The notes under the pieces: generated by a model
Told to the model about the DNA's origin: nothing
Database searches by the model: none
The model's input: only the letters and a program-made list of their open reading frames with translations
In this document: piece after piece, positions 1 through 11,401 of the stretch
How the letters are laid out: every line of letters starts with the position of its first letter
How positions within the stretch are numbered: the stretch's first letter is position 1
Source of the DNA: Alphaproteobacteria bacterium
Lineage (GTDB): Bacteria > Pseudomonadota > Alphaproteobacteria > MPNO01 > UBA830
DNA: 64,000 nt
Assembly: GCA_964291215.2 (NCBI GenBank)
Contig: OZ219790.1
Coordinates: forward strand, 2,112,001-2,176,000
Direction: 5' to 3'
Translations under genes and position numbers: made by a program

Positions 1-99
1 GATCTACTTGATGTCGACCTCGACGATGATCTGCAGACATTCTCCCCAAGTCGTGTCGTAGAGGGAGACTGTCGAGACAGTCCCGATCGCGCTCTCGGC

Positions 100-628
100 A
101 GGGCCGTGTCTCCTTCGCTCACTCACCGGTACTTCAGGCAACGCTGCTGTCGCAGCAAGGTGTTCGCCAGAGCTTGCGCATCACGGCGACAATCGCGACC
201 TTGCTTGCCGGCAGTTTTGAGGCGCACCAGGTCCGCGTTGAAGCGTGCCGCCGAGGTTGCGGCCAGGAGATCACGTGGCCTCCGGCGCCCGCCTCGGATA
301 TGCCGAGCACCGTGGTGCTGGCCGCTGTCGTTGGCCATCGGCGCCACCCCGATCAAGGCTGCCGCCTGCCGACGGTCGAGACTGCCGAGTTCGGGCATCC
401 AGAAGGGCCGCGGCGGTCACCGGACCGGGGATCGAGGTCAGGATGGCGTACCTCTGCTCGGGATCACCGGCGATCACCGCTTTGATCGCCGCGCCGGCAA
501 TGCGGTCATCGAGATCGGCCGCTGAGGCCGCGAAGCCACTTGCTCAGCGCCCGCCAGCTCGTGGCGTCGTTCACAAAACAATGCGCTAGATGTCCAGACT
601 GGCTGACCCCTGCTACTATCTTGACCAT
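100..628 (-). pseudogene. IS110-family transposase, heavily deleted
   Basis: ATG at 628 with RBS gives MVKIVAGV..; C-terminal pieces ILTSIPGPVTAAALL and PELGSLDRRQAAALIGVAPMANDSG..IRGGR in different frames. Confidence 0.8.
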
Positions 629-904
629 CGTCCCTTGCTCCTCGCCTTACGATGGGTTCAAACCCAAGCATCCAGCGAGGGACGTCAAGGGAGGTTGGCC
701 GACCACACTCGGTCGCGGCTCTGTCAAGGTCGAAACGGCAACCTTCGCGGAGATCGTTTGATCCCCGCACCCCGCTCCCCTGTGCGTGTTCGCTCAGGGG
801 AGCGGAATCTCTCTGCAACCATAGACCGGACGCTCTCCCACAGATCCACATTTTCCCGCCCCCAACTGCTGTGGATGATTTCATCATCAAGGGGACAAAA
901 CCTA

Positions 905-1124
905 GTCATATAAGGTCGATTCCATCGCCACCGTTTTCACCCCGCACGACGAAAGCCACGCCGACATCGCCTGCAGATCGCGCGTGAAGCCGTCAAACGC
1001 TCGCACCGGCCGAAGAGCGTGCCGGATCGATGGCCACGAGGTGACGGTCCTTGCCGATGTCGATCCCGGCACAATCCGGGTTCACCACTTTCAGACGCTG
1101 CTTCCTCCTGCCCTTCCGTGCCAT
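905..1124 (-). pseudogene. second IS110-family transposase, N-terminal fragment
   Basis: MARKGRRKQRLKVVNPDCAGIDIGKDRH...VAMEST (first two DEDD motifs), truncated. Confidence 0.75.
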
Positions 1125-1280
1125 GCAGGACCCTCCCAAATCACCTTACGTTGTGGACGGGAAGGAACCGCGCGGCAATGCTCAATCTCTCAAACGAGGT
1201 CACGGCACGCCGCGCCATCAGTGACAGAAGCCGATCCCGGTTCGGGCCACGCTACCAAACGGGTGCCCACCGGGCACAAT

Positions 1281-1649
1281 AGCAGGCTGCTGAAAAACTC
1301 CTGGCGCGTGTGGACCTGACGTGATTCGCTGCGCAGCGAGCGATTCGGCGGGAGCGGCGATGCGTGGCAAGGACGAGAGCAGCGGCAGCCTTTTCAGCTA
1401 TGTTGATCTGGAGGCGCGCGTGCCTCGGGGTCATCCCTTGCGAGCGATCCGCGATCTGACGAACGCAGTGCTGGTGGAGATGTCGGGGGAGTTCGAGGCG
1501 CTTTATTCGCGCACAGGCCGTCCGGGGATTGCGCCTGAGAAGCTTCTGCGGGCGCTTTTGCTTCAGGTGTTCTATTCGATCCGCTCGGAGCGCCAGCTGA
1601 TGGAGAGCAGCTGGAGTTCAACCTTCTGTTCCGCTGGTTTGTGGGTCTG
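1281..1649 (+). mobile_element. IS5/IS1182-like transposase 5' fragment truncated by IS256
   Basis: MRGKDESSGSLFSYVDLEARVP..HPLRAIR..GRPGIAPEKLLRALLLQVFYSIRSERQLME. Confidence 0.8.
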
Positions 1650-2869
1650 GATTACGCAACCTGATGTCTGGAAATTGTCGTGAAGCTGATCGAGCTGTTC
1701 CCATTTGATGTATGCCTTGGTTTCGGTTTCCCATTTTTCGTCGATGAGGACCGCGGTTGAGAGGCGCTCCAACGAGGCAAGGTTCGGAAAGACCCTGACT
1801 TTGGAGGTGCGCCGCTTGAGCTCTTGCTGGATCGGTCGCTCGATGCCGTTCGAGGTTCGCATACGCTTGCGGTGAGCATCGGGCAAGGTGAAGACAGCGA
1901 GCCCCGCATTGTTTTCCAGCCAGGAAGCCTGGATGCTTGTCGCTGGCCACGAGGGCGCCCAGTTCAGCCTCGGCGGTTTGGAGTGAGGAGGCGTGGCTCC
2001 GAGCTGTTTTCCAATACGTTTCCTGATGTCGTTGTTCGGTGCACGGCGTTTTGTGCCAAGTGGAATTGGCAGCGCTGCCATGTCGCCGCGCCCAGCACCG
2101 CGCGTCGCGCCGCTTTCAGCCCAGCATCCGAGACGATGAAGGTCGTACCATGCAGGGCTAGCAAGCTTTCCAGGAAGGCTCTCCAATGGACCTCGGCCTC
2201 GAAGAGCGCCACAGAGAGCCCCAGAACGTGCCTGCAGCCCCTATTCCGATGGCCGAGAGCACTGCGACATCGCGCACAACGCCGTCATGGCGGGCTTTTT
2301 CATAGCGCGCATCCAGGTATTTCATCAGGGGCCGGTTGCGCGGCGAGTTCTTCATCGAGCAACCTGGTGGCCCGGCTGACCTGAGAAGAGGACAGGCTCC
2401 CGAACTCGCGCATTACATCTTGCCGCGTGGAAACACCCTTGATGTACATCTCGGCTACGGCGCGAGAAAATCGCTGGCCGCGTTCAAGCGACTGGGGACG
2501 GGTCGTCCCCGTGACCGTTTGGCACCTGAACGGTAACAGTGGGGGTGTCGATCCGCTTGTAGCCGTTGGCCCTGTCGCTCCGGTGTCCGGTGGCCCGCTT
2601 TCAAGTACTGCTCGCGCTCGATTTGCATCGCAAGCTCGAAGAGCTGGCCAAAGACCCGCCCCAGATCTGTTGCTCCGTTTGCGATCAGATGTTCCAAAAC
2701 AGTCCCGATCGTCGTAGTGTGTCGCAGGTCCACTCGCTTCCTCCATAAAGGTTTTACAACTCCATGGGATAGTACGATGGCGCCGCGTTTCACTGGGGGG
2801 CTAGCCCCCCCAGTGAAACGCCTCAAAGCGCAAACCTCAGACAAATTTCCAGACATCAAGTTACAGTAC
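1650..2869 (-). mobile_element. IS256-family element, degenerate
   Basis: Ends gattacgcaacctgatgtctggaaatt / aatttccagacatcaagttacagtac; motifs WQRCQFH, RTSNGIER, RVFPN in broken frames. Confidence 0.9.
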
Positions 2870-4418
2870 CCTTCGCCTCCGCGCCCCCCCTTCGCCGAGG
2901 TGACGGTGCGCTCGTGGCGCCCGTGAGCTCCGGGACCGCCTGGTGAAGGAGCATCACTAGCTGCGGTTTCACGGCATCAAGGGTCTGCGCCATGTCGCCC
3001 TGCACGGCGAGACCTGGGTGGTCGGCTGGCGGCGCGTTCAAGCTTGCTGCACCGCTGGATCGCTGCGGAGCAGCAGTGCCTGCACGCGAACAATTCCCGG
3101 TTCGTTGGGGGGATGCCGAATCTGGCGTGACGGCTGGACATCGAGGCCGCGCGTTCCTCGCGGAGACGTTCGTCGAGCGCTTCGCCGGAACCTGCTATCG
3201 CGCGGCGAACTGGCGCTCGCTTGACGCGCGGTCGCGAGCGGCTCCGCGCGCTTCCGTCACCACGGCCAGGAGATCTTCATGTACGAACTGGGACCGCCGA
3301 GGCGCGATCCCGAAGAGCGCAGCACGACAGTGCCGGGCCTCGACTGCGCAGCCTGTGCCCGGGCGAGGTGTGCCGCAAGCGCTATCCGCTGAGAACCATT
3401 CTCGCGGCTCGCCGGCTACCGCGGCGTGACCGCATTCGCCGCCCTCCAGGAACAGCTTGCGGCGGTGAACTCGTTCTTCAGCCCGAAGCGCTACACCGCA
3501 CCCACACCTTCCACACCATCCTCGCTGACCTGCCGCCCGAGACTCTGCCCTGTGGACGGCCCGGCAGCAGACACGCCGGCAAGGACATCCGCGGTGCCTC
3601 CAGCCGAGAACGCCCGGCGGGTCGCAGCGGTCGAGCACGGATGGTTCTCGGCCAGACGAAGAGCAACGGGATCCCCCTCGCCAGCAGCATCAACGTCACC
3701 GGCCGCATCGTCACCATGGACGCGATGCACGCTCAGCACGAGCGGCGGCTTCTCGAGCGCCGCATGTCGTCACGGCGATCAAGAATAACCAGGAGACCAT
3801 GCTCGACGACCTCAAGGCCATCGACTTCGAGGGCTCGTTCGAAACCCTCGACAAGGGCGCATCGAGCGCCGCCGCCGTGGTCGACATCTCCGGCGCCGAG
3901 CGGGACCGCTGCGCTGCTCTCCACGGTCGCCGCCATCCGCATCAAGCGCGAGATCTGCAAGACCAAAGAGAGCAGTGTCGAGACCACCTGGTGCCTCACC
4001 TCGCTCGGCCCCGAACGCCCCGAGATGCTTCTGGCGCGCGGGTCATCGAAAATCGACTCCGCTACGTACGCGATTTCACCTGCGACGAAGACCGCTGCAG
4101 GGTGCGCCGCGCAACCTCTCGACAAACGCAGCCATCGTGCGCTGCGGCGGACACTTCAACCATATGCCCGAGGCCAACCGGCACTACGCCGCCCGGGACG
4201 CGCGCCATCCTCATCCCGCAGATAAACCTTCGCTCCTGACCCCGCGCCACAAGCCGGGAACGCGCCGACGCAACAGGACAGCTCTGCTCGAACACTCGAA
4301 AAAGCGTGCCCAGCCTGATGCACCAGCCACTGAAACCGGCCCACAGTGAACCCAAGGTGCCATGCCAGGTCCCTGTCACATCAGCAATCCACAGGCCCGA
4401 CAACAGAATGGTCCTGGG
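2870..4418 (+). mobile_element. ISAs1-family element with DUF4338/DruA-like N-terminal part, degenerate
   Basis: LAETFVERFAGTCYRAANW (DUF4338-like) followed by GRIVTMDAMHAQ and IENRLRYVRDFTCDEDRCR (ISAs1 DDE motifs). Confidence 0.75.
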
Positions 4419-4425
4419 TCGCGGC

Positions 4426-4617
4426 CACGGTGATCCCATGCTGATTCCGAGACGCGAAATCCGAATGTGTTGGGGCTCGCGTCATCACGGATCGCTCCTT
4501 GATCGCAATTTTTCGCGCCGAGAAGGTCTCATTGAGCCTTGGCGGCACGATTGCAGCGCGACGCAGACCGAAAAATCTCACCGGTCGCCGCTGGATTAGC
4601 AGCGTGGGATCGTCGTG
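4426..4617 (+). mobile_element. ~190 bp MITE (ISAs1-type ends), copy 1
   Basis: TIRs cacggtgatcccatgctg / cagcgtgggatcgtcgtg; near-perfect 9-bp flanking repeat ggtcgcggc/gatcgcggc. Confidence 0.85.
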
Positions 4618-4702
4618 GATCGCGGCCGAATCCGCTTGACAGAACGGCCTATCGGATTCTAGTTCTCTTCGATACTGAAACGCGTAAGCGGGAGAGGCGG
4701 CG

Positions 4703-5770
4703 ATGGCGGTCAACGGATTCAAGGTTTTCGACGGCGACGGGCACGTGCTGGAGAACGATAAGGAACTTGTCGAGCACTACGAAGGCAAGTACAAGGGCCT
4801 CCGCATGTTCGATGTGTTCGGCATATGGCCGAGCCTTGACGGCTGGGCCCGTGGTTTCATCATGGCCTCGGAGGATGAGGGCCGCAAATACACCCACACC
4901 GATGCCGAGGTCTGGTCCGAGATGCTCGATCTCATCGGTGCCGAGGGCACGGTGCTCTATCCGACCGCCGGCCTCGCCTGCGGGCTGATCTCGGACGTGA
5001 ATTGGGCCGTTGCGAGCGCCGCCGCCTACAACAACTGGCTCGAGGAGCGCTACACCAAGAAGGACGAGCGTCTGCACGGCGTGGGCATGCTCGCGGTCCA
5101 GGATCCGCAGGCCGCCGCCGCCGAGGTTGCGCGTTGCGCCGAGCACCGGGTGCGGTTCCCTGCGGTCCTGATGCCGACCCAGACCTATACCGGAAAGACT
5201 TTCGGCGACGAATTCTTCTGGCCCATCTACGAGGCGGCCGAGAAGTACAACATGCCGATCGCGCTGCATGGCGCGCCAAGCCGCGGACTCGGTTTTGACC
5301 ACTTCACCGAGTTCGTCAAGGTGCACGCGCTGGAGCATCCCTTTCCGCTGATGATCCAGCTGACAGACATCATCTTCTCCGGCGTGTTCGACAGGTTTCC
5401 CAGGCTCCGCATCGCATTTCTCGAAGGTGGCTGCGGCTGGGTGCCGTTCATGATGGACAGGCTCGACTACGAGTACGATTCGATTTTCGGTTCAGTGGCA
5501 CGCGCGCGCCTGAAGAAGCGGCCCTCAGACTACATGCGCGAGGGCGACAATTTCTGGGTTGCGATGGAACTCGGCGAGACGGCGCTCAAATACGCCATCG
5601 ACGCCATGGGCCCCGATCGGATCCTCTACGCCTCGGACTATCCTCACGAACCGACCGAGGAGGACCTGACGACGGAGTTGCCGGAATTTCTCGCAAGCAA
5701 CGAGTATTCCGACGAGGTCAAGCAGAAGCTGGTGCACGACAACATGATCAGCTTCTACAATCTTCACTGA
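4703..5770 (+). CDS. amidohydrolase_2 family metal-dependent hydrolase/decarboxylase
   Basis: 355 aa; DGDGH, ALHG, LEGGCGW, YASDYPH motifs; RBS and TTGACA box at 4636. Confidence 0.85.
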   Translation: MAVNGFKVFDGDGHVLENDKELVEHYEGKYKGLRMFDVFGIWPSLDGWARGFIMASEDEGRKYTHTDAEVWSEMLDLIGAEGTVLYPTAGLACGLISDVNWAVASAAAYNNWLEERYTKKDERLHGVGMLAVQDPQAAAAEVARCAEHRVRFPAVLMPTQTYTGKTFGDEFFWPIYEAAEKYNMPIALHGAPSRGLGFDHFTEFVKVHALEHPFPLMIQLTDIIFSGVFDRFPRLRIAFLEGGCGWVPFMMDRLDYEYDSIFGSVARARLKKRPSDYMREGDNFWVAMELGETALKYAIDAMGPDRILYASDYPHEPTEEDLTTELPEFLASNEYSDEVKQKLVHDNMISFYNLH

Positions 5771-5830
5771 CCGCGCCGTCCGCCGCCGGACGGGCCGGAG
5801 TTTCTGCGCAGGTGCCCCGGCGCAAGCGCC

Positions 5831-6232
5831 CTATCTCAACTGGACGCCCGCATTCTCTACGTCGAGGAAGATGTTGGGCCTCAGGAACATCGACAGGATC
5901 AGCGCGCCGTCGGGCGCCCAGGCCTCGTGGCGACTGCCGGCGGGACGCCAGACATAGTTGCCTGCTGTCACCTCGCCCTCGTCGTCGACCAGCGACCCCT
6001 CGAGGACGAACGTCTGCTCCATCTCGACATGCTCGTGGAAGGTGAGCTTCGAACCCGGTGCCCACTTGAACATGGCGGTCATCATCCCGGTGTCCGGGTT
6101 TTCCATGAGAACCTTCATTTCGATGCCGTCGCACGGTGTCGGCTTCCACGGCAGGTCGTCGACATCGACGAACCGCGAGGCCAGCGGGCCCAGCCCGTCA
6201 TGGGCCTTCATCAGCGGTGTTGCAGCAGCCAT
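5831..6232 (-). CDS. stand-alone cupin (ChrR-like cupin_7 / DAD-like)
   Basis: HEHVEMEQTFVLEG...YVWRPAGSRH cupin motifs; ATG at 6232 with GGAG RBS. Confidence 0.8.
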   Translation of the reverse strand: MAAATPLMKAHDGLGPLASRFVDVDDLPWKPTPCDGIEMKVLMENPDTGMMTAMFKWAPGSKLTFHEHVEMEQTFVLEGSLVDDEGEVTAGNYVWRPAGSRHEAWAPDGALILSMFLRPNIFLDVENAGVQLR

Positions 6233-6364
6233 CGGTTTCTCCACTGTGGTTGGGACGCGCCGTGAAGTCTCCTACGGTCTACCGCATCCGGTCAAGCAGA
6301 AAATGGGCACCGGCACGGGTGGCCGGGGCGGGCGCCGACCGGAAACCAGGCGGGATCTAGGCGC

Positions 6365-7213
6365 TCAGGCGGCCGCGGCGAAGGCCGCGTCCGGCGGCTG
6401 TCCGGCGACCGAGGTTCGGCGCAGGACCCGGGTTTCAGCGGGATCGAACCAAGTGCGCGCGTGCAGCGTGCACAGATTGTCCCACATCACGAGATCGCCC
6501 GGCGTCCAGATGTGCTCGTAGCATAGATCGGGGTTTTCCAAGGCCTCGTAAAGCTCCTCGAGGAGTTTGTCGCTCTCGCCGCGGCCCATTCCCACGATGT
6601 GATCGGTCATCAGGCGATTGACATAGAGAACCTCACGCCCGGTCTCGGGATGGCGGATCACGACGGGATGGATCCAGCGTGGCGCATCGGGTGCGCTTGT
6701 GTTGGTCTTGACCGTGGCGTTCGCCTGGTAATCGTAGACGTGGAGTGCCCTGAGGCCGCGCAGGCGGTCCCTGGTCGCCGCGGGAAGCGACTCGTAGGCC
6801 GCATAGGCGTTGGCGAACTTGGTATTGCCGCCCTCCGGCGGGATCTCGATGGCGAGAAGGATCGTCGCGCGCGCGGGGTTCTCGTAGTAGCACTGGTCGG
6901 TGTGGAATTGCATTTCGCCGTCGGGCAGCACGCCCGCCATGCCGTCGACTGTCCTGTTCGCGACATACATGAAATCCCGCGTGTCCTCGTCGCGCTTCAG
7001 CTTGATGGTGCGTACCTGCTGACGCGGCCCGAACCATTCCGTGAACGCGACTTGCTCCGCGCCCGACAGTGTCTGGCCCGGGATCACGATCACGAAATTC
7101 TCTACCCATGCGGCATGGATCTGCCGCATGGTCGCGTCATCGAGATGGCGCAGGTCGACGCCGGATATCCTGGCGCCGATAATCTCGGAAACCGGCTTGA
7201 CCGAGACGAGCAT
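6365..7213 (-). CDS. TauD/TfdA family Fe(II)/2-oxoglutarate dioxygenase
   Basis: FHTD, GGNTKFAN, HPVVIRHPETGR, WDNLCTLHAR. Confidence 0.92.
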   Translation of the reverse strand: MLVSVKPVSEIIGARISGVDLRHLDDATMRQIHAAWVENFVIVIPGQTLSGAEQVAFTEWFGPRQQVRTIKLKRDEDTRDFMYVANRTVDGMAGVLPDGEMQFHTDQCYYENPARATILLAIEIPPEGGNTKFANAYAAYESLPAATRDRLRGLRALHVYDYQANATVKTNTSAPDAPRWIHPVVIRHPETGREVLYVNRLMTDHIVGMGRGESDKLLEELYEALENPDLCYEHIWTPGDLVMWDNLCTLHARTWFDPAETRVLRRTSVAGQPPDAAFAAAA

Positions 7214-7487
7214 GTCGTTGGCTCCCAACTGTTCGGGCAGATGCCCAATTCACGATATAATAGCGGGCCGGGCGCGTCAACGCGTCGGCGGCCCAGGACC
7301 ATTCTGTTGTCGCGATCGGCGGCGAACAACCGTGTCAGAGTGGCCGTTCTTGAAGTTGGTGGCACCGTCTCAAGGTCGGAACCGGCATATCGACAACGAA
7401 ATCCGCTCCCGAATGGACCTCCATATCTGCCTACAACGCCCCCTCGTCGGACGAAACCGGACAAAAGAAGAGCCTTGGGCCGCGACC

Positions 7488-8553
7488 CACGACGATCTCA
7501 TGCTAGGTTGTGTACCCAAATGTTGACATTTTGCATGATCTGCCTTATTCTTGTCGAAAGCGATTCACAAGGAGAGTGAAGGATGAGCGGCGACCGACAC
7601 GACATGAGCGACGCGGAATGGGAAGTTCTCCGCTCGGTGCTTCCTGACAAGCACCAGGGCCCGGAGCGGGTGCATGACCGGAGGGTCATGAACGGGATAT
7701 TCTTCGTGCTTCGCACCGGTACGCCGTGGCGTGATCTGCCGGAGCGGTACGGTCCGTACACGACCTGCTTCAACCGCTTCAACCGGTGGAGCAAGAACGG
7801 CGCCTGGGCGTTGATCATGGAGAAGCTTCAAAGGCTTACGAGCGATGATGACGGGAGCGACGATGGCCCGCCCGGCTCGGTTCACCTGCGCATGGTCGAC
7901 TCCTCGTCGGTGCGCGTTCACAAGCTGGGGCGTCCCGGGACGACGAGCCTTCGCAAATCGGGCTGAGCCGTGGCGGACGAACGACGAAGGTCCATCTTGG
8001 CATCGACGAGAACGAGAGGGTGAAGACCGTGTTCCTGACCCCGGGCCAAGCGGCCGACTGCGCGCAGGCGGAGGCGCTTCTCGCCGACCTCGAGCATGGC
8101 GAGACGGTGGTCGGCGACAAGGCCTACGACACCGACGCCATCTGATCGAGACGGCAGGAGCAACCGCGGTCATGAAATCCAACCGGACATCGCCACGGCC
8201 GCTCGACCGCGAGATCTACAGGATGCGCAACCTGGTCGAGCGGTTCTTCGGTAAGATTAAGGAGTTCCGACGGGTCGCCACCCGTTATGACAAGGAACTT
8301 ACTCTCCGCCGTGCAACTGGCTGCCAGCCGATTCTTGCTCCGCAGAATCGCAAACCAATTATTTGAGTCCACAACCTAATTCAGAGACGCGAAATCCGAA
8401 TGCGTTGGGGCTCGGCTCATCACAGATCGCCTCCTTGATCGCAATTTTTGTGCCGAGAAGGTCCTATCGAGCCTTGGCGGCACGATTGCAGCGCGACGCA
8501 AACTGAGAAAATCTCGCCAGTCGTCGCCGGATTAGCAGCGTGGGATCACCGTG
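7488..8553 (+). mobile_element. MITE copy 2, interrupted in its left end by IS5
   Basis: cacgacgatctcatgct at 7488, resumes at ~8379; 9-bp target duplication gccgcgacc on both sides. Confidence 0.85.
7505..8378 (+). mobile_element. IS5-family (IS427-like) element, degenerate
   Basis: TIRs aggttgtgtaccca / tgagtccacaacct; LRTGTPWRDLPERYGPY, GDKAYD, RNLVERFF..RVATRYDK. Confidence 0.92.
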
Positions 8554-8596
8554 GCCGCGACCTCCGGCCGGCGGGGATCCGAATCTACGGCAGCGG

Positions 8597-9709
8597 CTAG
8601 GCGCTGCCCCAATGCTCCCGTGCGACATCAACCACCAGCCGAAGCTTCGCGATCTGGTCGTCGACGGTGACCGGATTGCCGACCACGGCCGAAGAAAATC
8701 CGCATTGCGGGCTGATGCCCAGCCGCTTGAGGTCAGCATGTTCGGCGGCCGCCGCGATGCGCGCCGCGAGCGCGTCGCGGGATTCGAGCTCGGGAACCTT
8801 GGAACTGATCAGCCCCAGGATCACCATCCTGTCATCCGGCACTGCAGCGAGGGGCTCGAAGCCGCCGGCCCGCTCGGTATCGTATTCGAGAAAGAAAACG
8901 TCCACCTTGAGCGCCCTGAACAGCTTCTCCGCAACCATCTGGTAGCTGCCCTCGGAGAGCCATGTACCCTTGAGGTTGCCGCGGCACATGTGAAACCCTA
9001 CGACCATGTCCGACGGCACGCCGGCAAGACTGGCGTTGGTCAGCTCGACATACTGGTCGAGAAGCCGCTCGGGGTCCTTGCCGCTGGCCTCGAGCTGGCC
9101 CCGGATGGCGGGATCGCACAGCATCGGAAACGGAACGTCGTCGAACGCCACATAGCGGGCGCCGCGGCCGGCGAGATCGGCGATGTCAGCGGCATAGGCG
9201 GCAGCGATGTCGGCGAAAAGCTCCTCGTTTCCGGCATAGAATTCGGGATCGGGATCCGGCGCGCCGCCAAGAAAGTGCATTGTCGCCGGCGACGGATAGC
9301 TGTACTTGACGGTGCGGCCGGCAAGCTCCCGGAGCAGCTCGAACTCGTCGGCGGACAGCGAACGGGTCCGCCTCACCTTGCCCACGGGACGCGGCGCCAG
9401 GAATTCGTGAGTCCCGCCGCCCGCATCGTGGAACCGGAACGACGAGGGCCGGAAATCGAGCCCGTCGCAGGAGTTCACGAAGTGGGAGATATATGTGGTC
9501 CGATGGAATTCGCCATCGGTCACCACGCCCAGCCCGGCCTCCTCCTGAATCTCCACGGCCCAGCGGACGGCATCCCTGCGCGCGCGGTCGAGGGCCGCGT
9601 CATCGATCCTGCCGGCCCTGTGCGCCCGATACGCATCGACGAGCTCGGGCGGCCGCAGCAGGCTTCCGATATGTTCGGCATGGAAGGGCGGGTCGCGCCT
9701 TAGCGCCAT
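8597..9709 (-). CDS. cobalamin-independent methionine synthase II-like single-domain protein (MetE C-terminal/YxjH-MesD type)
   Basis: EHIGSLLRP, TDGEFHR, HMCRGN, FLEYD, ISPQCGF zinc-ligand motifs. Confidence 0.88.
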   Translation of the reverse strand: MALRRDPPFHAEHIGSLLRPPELVDAYRAHRAGRIDDAALDRARRDAVRWAVEIQEEAGLGVVTDGEFHRTTYISHFVNSCDGLDFRPSSFRFHDAGGGTHEFLAPRPVGKVRRTRSLSADEFELLRELAGRTVKYSYPSPATMHFLGGAPDPDPEFYAGNEELFADIAAAYAADIADLAGRGARYVAFDDVPFPMLCDPAIRGQLEASGKDPERLLDQYVELTNASLAGVPSDMVVGFHMCRGNLKGTWLSEGSYQMVAEKLFRALKVDVFFLEYDTERAGGFEPLAAVPDDRMVILGLISSKVPELESRDALAARIAAAAEHADLKRLGISPQCGFSSAVVGNPVTVDDQIAKLRLVVDVAREHWGSA

Positions 9710-9892
9710 GGCAGCCTCCGGATCCGGTAACCGGCATTCTCCGGGAGTTTAGCTGATGGCGCCGACCAGCGAAACAGCGCCGGTCGGGGGTCCGCGGTAA
9801 CTCGCGGTTTCCGCAGCAAACATAACCGTATAGGTTTGCAGCTTGGATAATCGACAGACGGGAATTCGAACATGACAAAGGGTGATCGCAGC

Positions 9893-11299
9893 ATGCGGAC
9901 ACGGGCCGTATGGCTCGAGACCCTGGAGCGGCATCGCCGGGACTTCGAGCGGCCGGCGGACGACGGCTACTGGTCGCCGTCCCTCGATGCGGCGTCGCGC
10001 GATGAGCTGATCGCCATCCAGAACGACAAGCTTGCCGCCGTCACGCCGTTCCTCTACGAAAACAGCCTTTTCTACAGGGCGAGATTCGACCGCCTTGGGC
10101 TTGCACCGACGGACGTAGCCTCGATCGAGGACCTGCCGAAATGGCCGATCATTGACAAGGCCGAAATGATGGCGGACGCCTCCGCCAACCCGCCCTACGG
10201 AACCTACTCGACGATCGACGACGATGACTGGGCGTCGCGCGGCTGGATGCTGTTCTCGTCGTCGGGCTCGACCGGCCCACCCCGGGTGTTCCGCTACACC
10301 CATGTCGACCGCGAATACTGGGAGTGGGCGAACGCACGCGCGATGTGGTCAATGCGGATACGCCCCGGCGACGTTCTCTTTCCCATGGTCGGTTTCGGAC
10401 CCCATGTATGGATGTGGGGCGTGATGGTTGCCGCCGACAGGCTAAAGCTGGCGGTGATCCCGGGCGGCGGAATGGACGCGCGGGCGCGGGCGGGGATCAT
10501 CGAACGCTTCAGGCCGACGGTAATCGCCTGCACCCCGTCCTACGCCCTCTATCTCGGGCGCGTCATGGAGGATCAGGGGCTCGACCCCGCGACAAGCTCG
10601 GTCACCACGCTGTTCACCGGTGGCGAGCCAGCGATGGGCATCGAGCGCACACGCAGGCGGATCGAGGAACTCTGGGGCTGCCGCACCGAGGAGTTCTACG
10701 GCTGCACCGAAGTTTCGCCCCATGTCGGAGGGTTCACCTGTCCGTACGCGACCGACGGCGACAGCGTCTTCACGCACCTGATGGAAGACATACAAATCTG
10801 GGAACTTGTCGACGCGGACACCCGGACTCCGGTCGTGGAGGGTGAGCGCGGACTCACGGTATGCACTTCGCTCAATTCCGAGAGCTCGCCGCAATTGCGT
10901 TTCCTCGTGGGCGACTATACGACCTTCAGCACCGAGATCTGCGCATGCGGCCGCAGCCACGTGCGCGCCATGGGATCGTTCACCGGCCGCGCCGACGACC
11001 TTCTCAACCTGCGCGGCATCAAGTTCTTCCCGAGCCAGATCGAACAGGCCGTGCGCGCCGTCGATGGCGTCCGCGACGAGTTCGAGATCGTGCTCTCGAC
11101 TGACGGATCGGGACTCGACCTCATGACCGTCCGCGTCGAACATGACAGTCATCGCAACCGCAGCGCCGTGGCCGGCGCCGTGGCCGAGCAGATCCGCGCC
11201 CGCTGCGAGGTCCGTGCGAATGTCGAGGTGCTTGCTCCCGACACGCTGGCCAAGACCGAGTTCAAGGCGAAACGGGTGCGCGACGAACGCCACCGGTAG
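9893..11299 (+). CDS. phenylacetate-CoA ligase (PaaK)-family adenylating enzyme
   Basis: SSSGSTGPP, GGEP, FYGCTE, GRADD, KAKRVRDER. Confidence 0.88.
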   Translation: MRTRAVWLETLERHRRDFERPADDGYWSPSLDAASRDELIAIQNDKLAAVTPFLYENSLFYRARFDRLGLAPTDVASIEDLPKWPIIDKAEMMADASANPPYGTYSTIDDDDWASRGWMLFSSSGSTGPPRVFRYTHVDREYWEWANARAMWSMRIRPGDVLFPMVGFGPHVWMWGVMVAADRLKLAVIPGGGMDARARAGIIERFRPTVIACTPSYALYLGRVMEDQGLDPATSSVTTLFTGGEPAMGIERTRRRIEELWGCRTEEFYGCTEVSPHVGGFTCPYATDGDSVFTHLMEDIQIWELVDADTRTPVVEGERGLTVCTSLNSESSPQLRFLVGDYTTFSTEICACGRSHVRAMGSFTGRADDLLNLRGIKFFPSQIEQAVRAVDGVRDEFEIVLSTDGSGLDLMTVRVEHDSHRNRSAVAGAVAEQIRARCEVRANVEVLAPDTLAKTEFKAKRVRDERHR

Positions 11300-11401
11300 C
11301 GTTCGTCACCCCCTCGCGCACCGCCCGCCGGCGCGGCAACACTTTGCCCGGTGATCGGCATCGTCCATAATCGCCAGCACCCAGGACAGCGGAGAGCGGC
11401 C

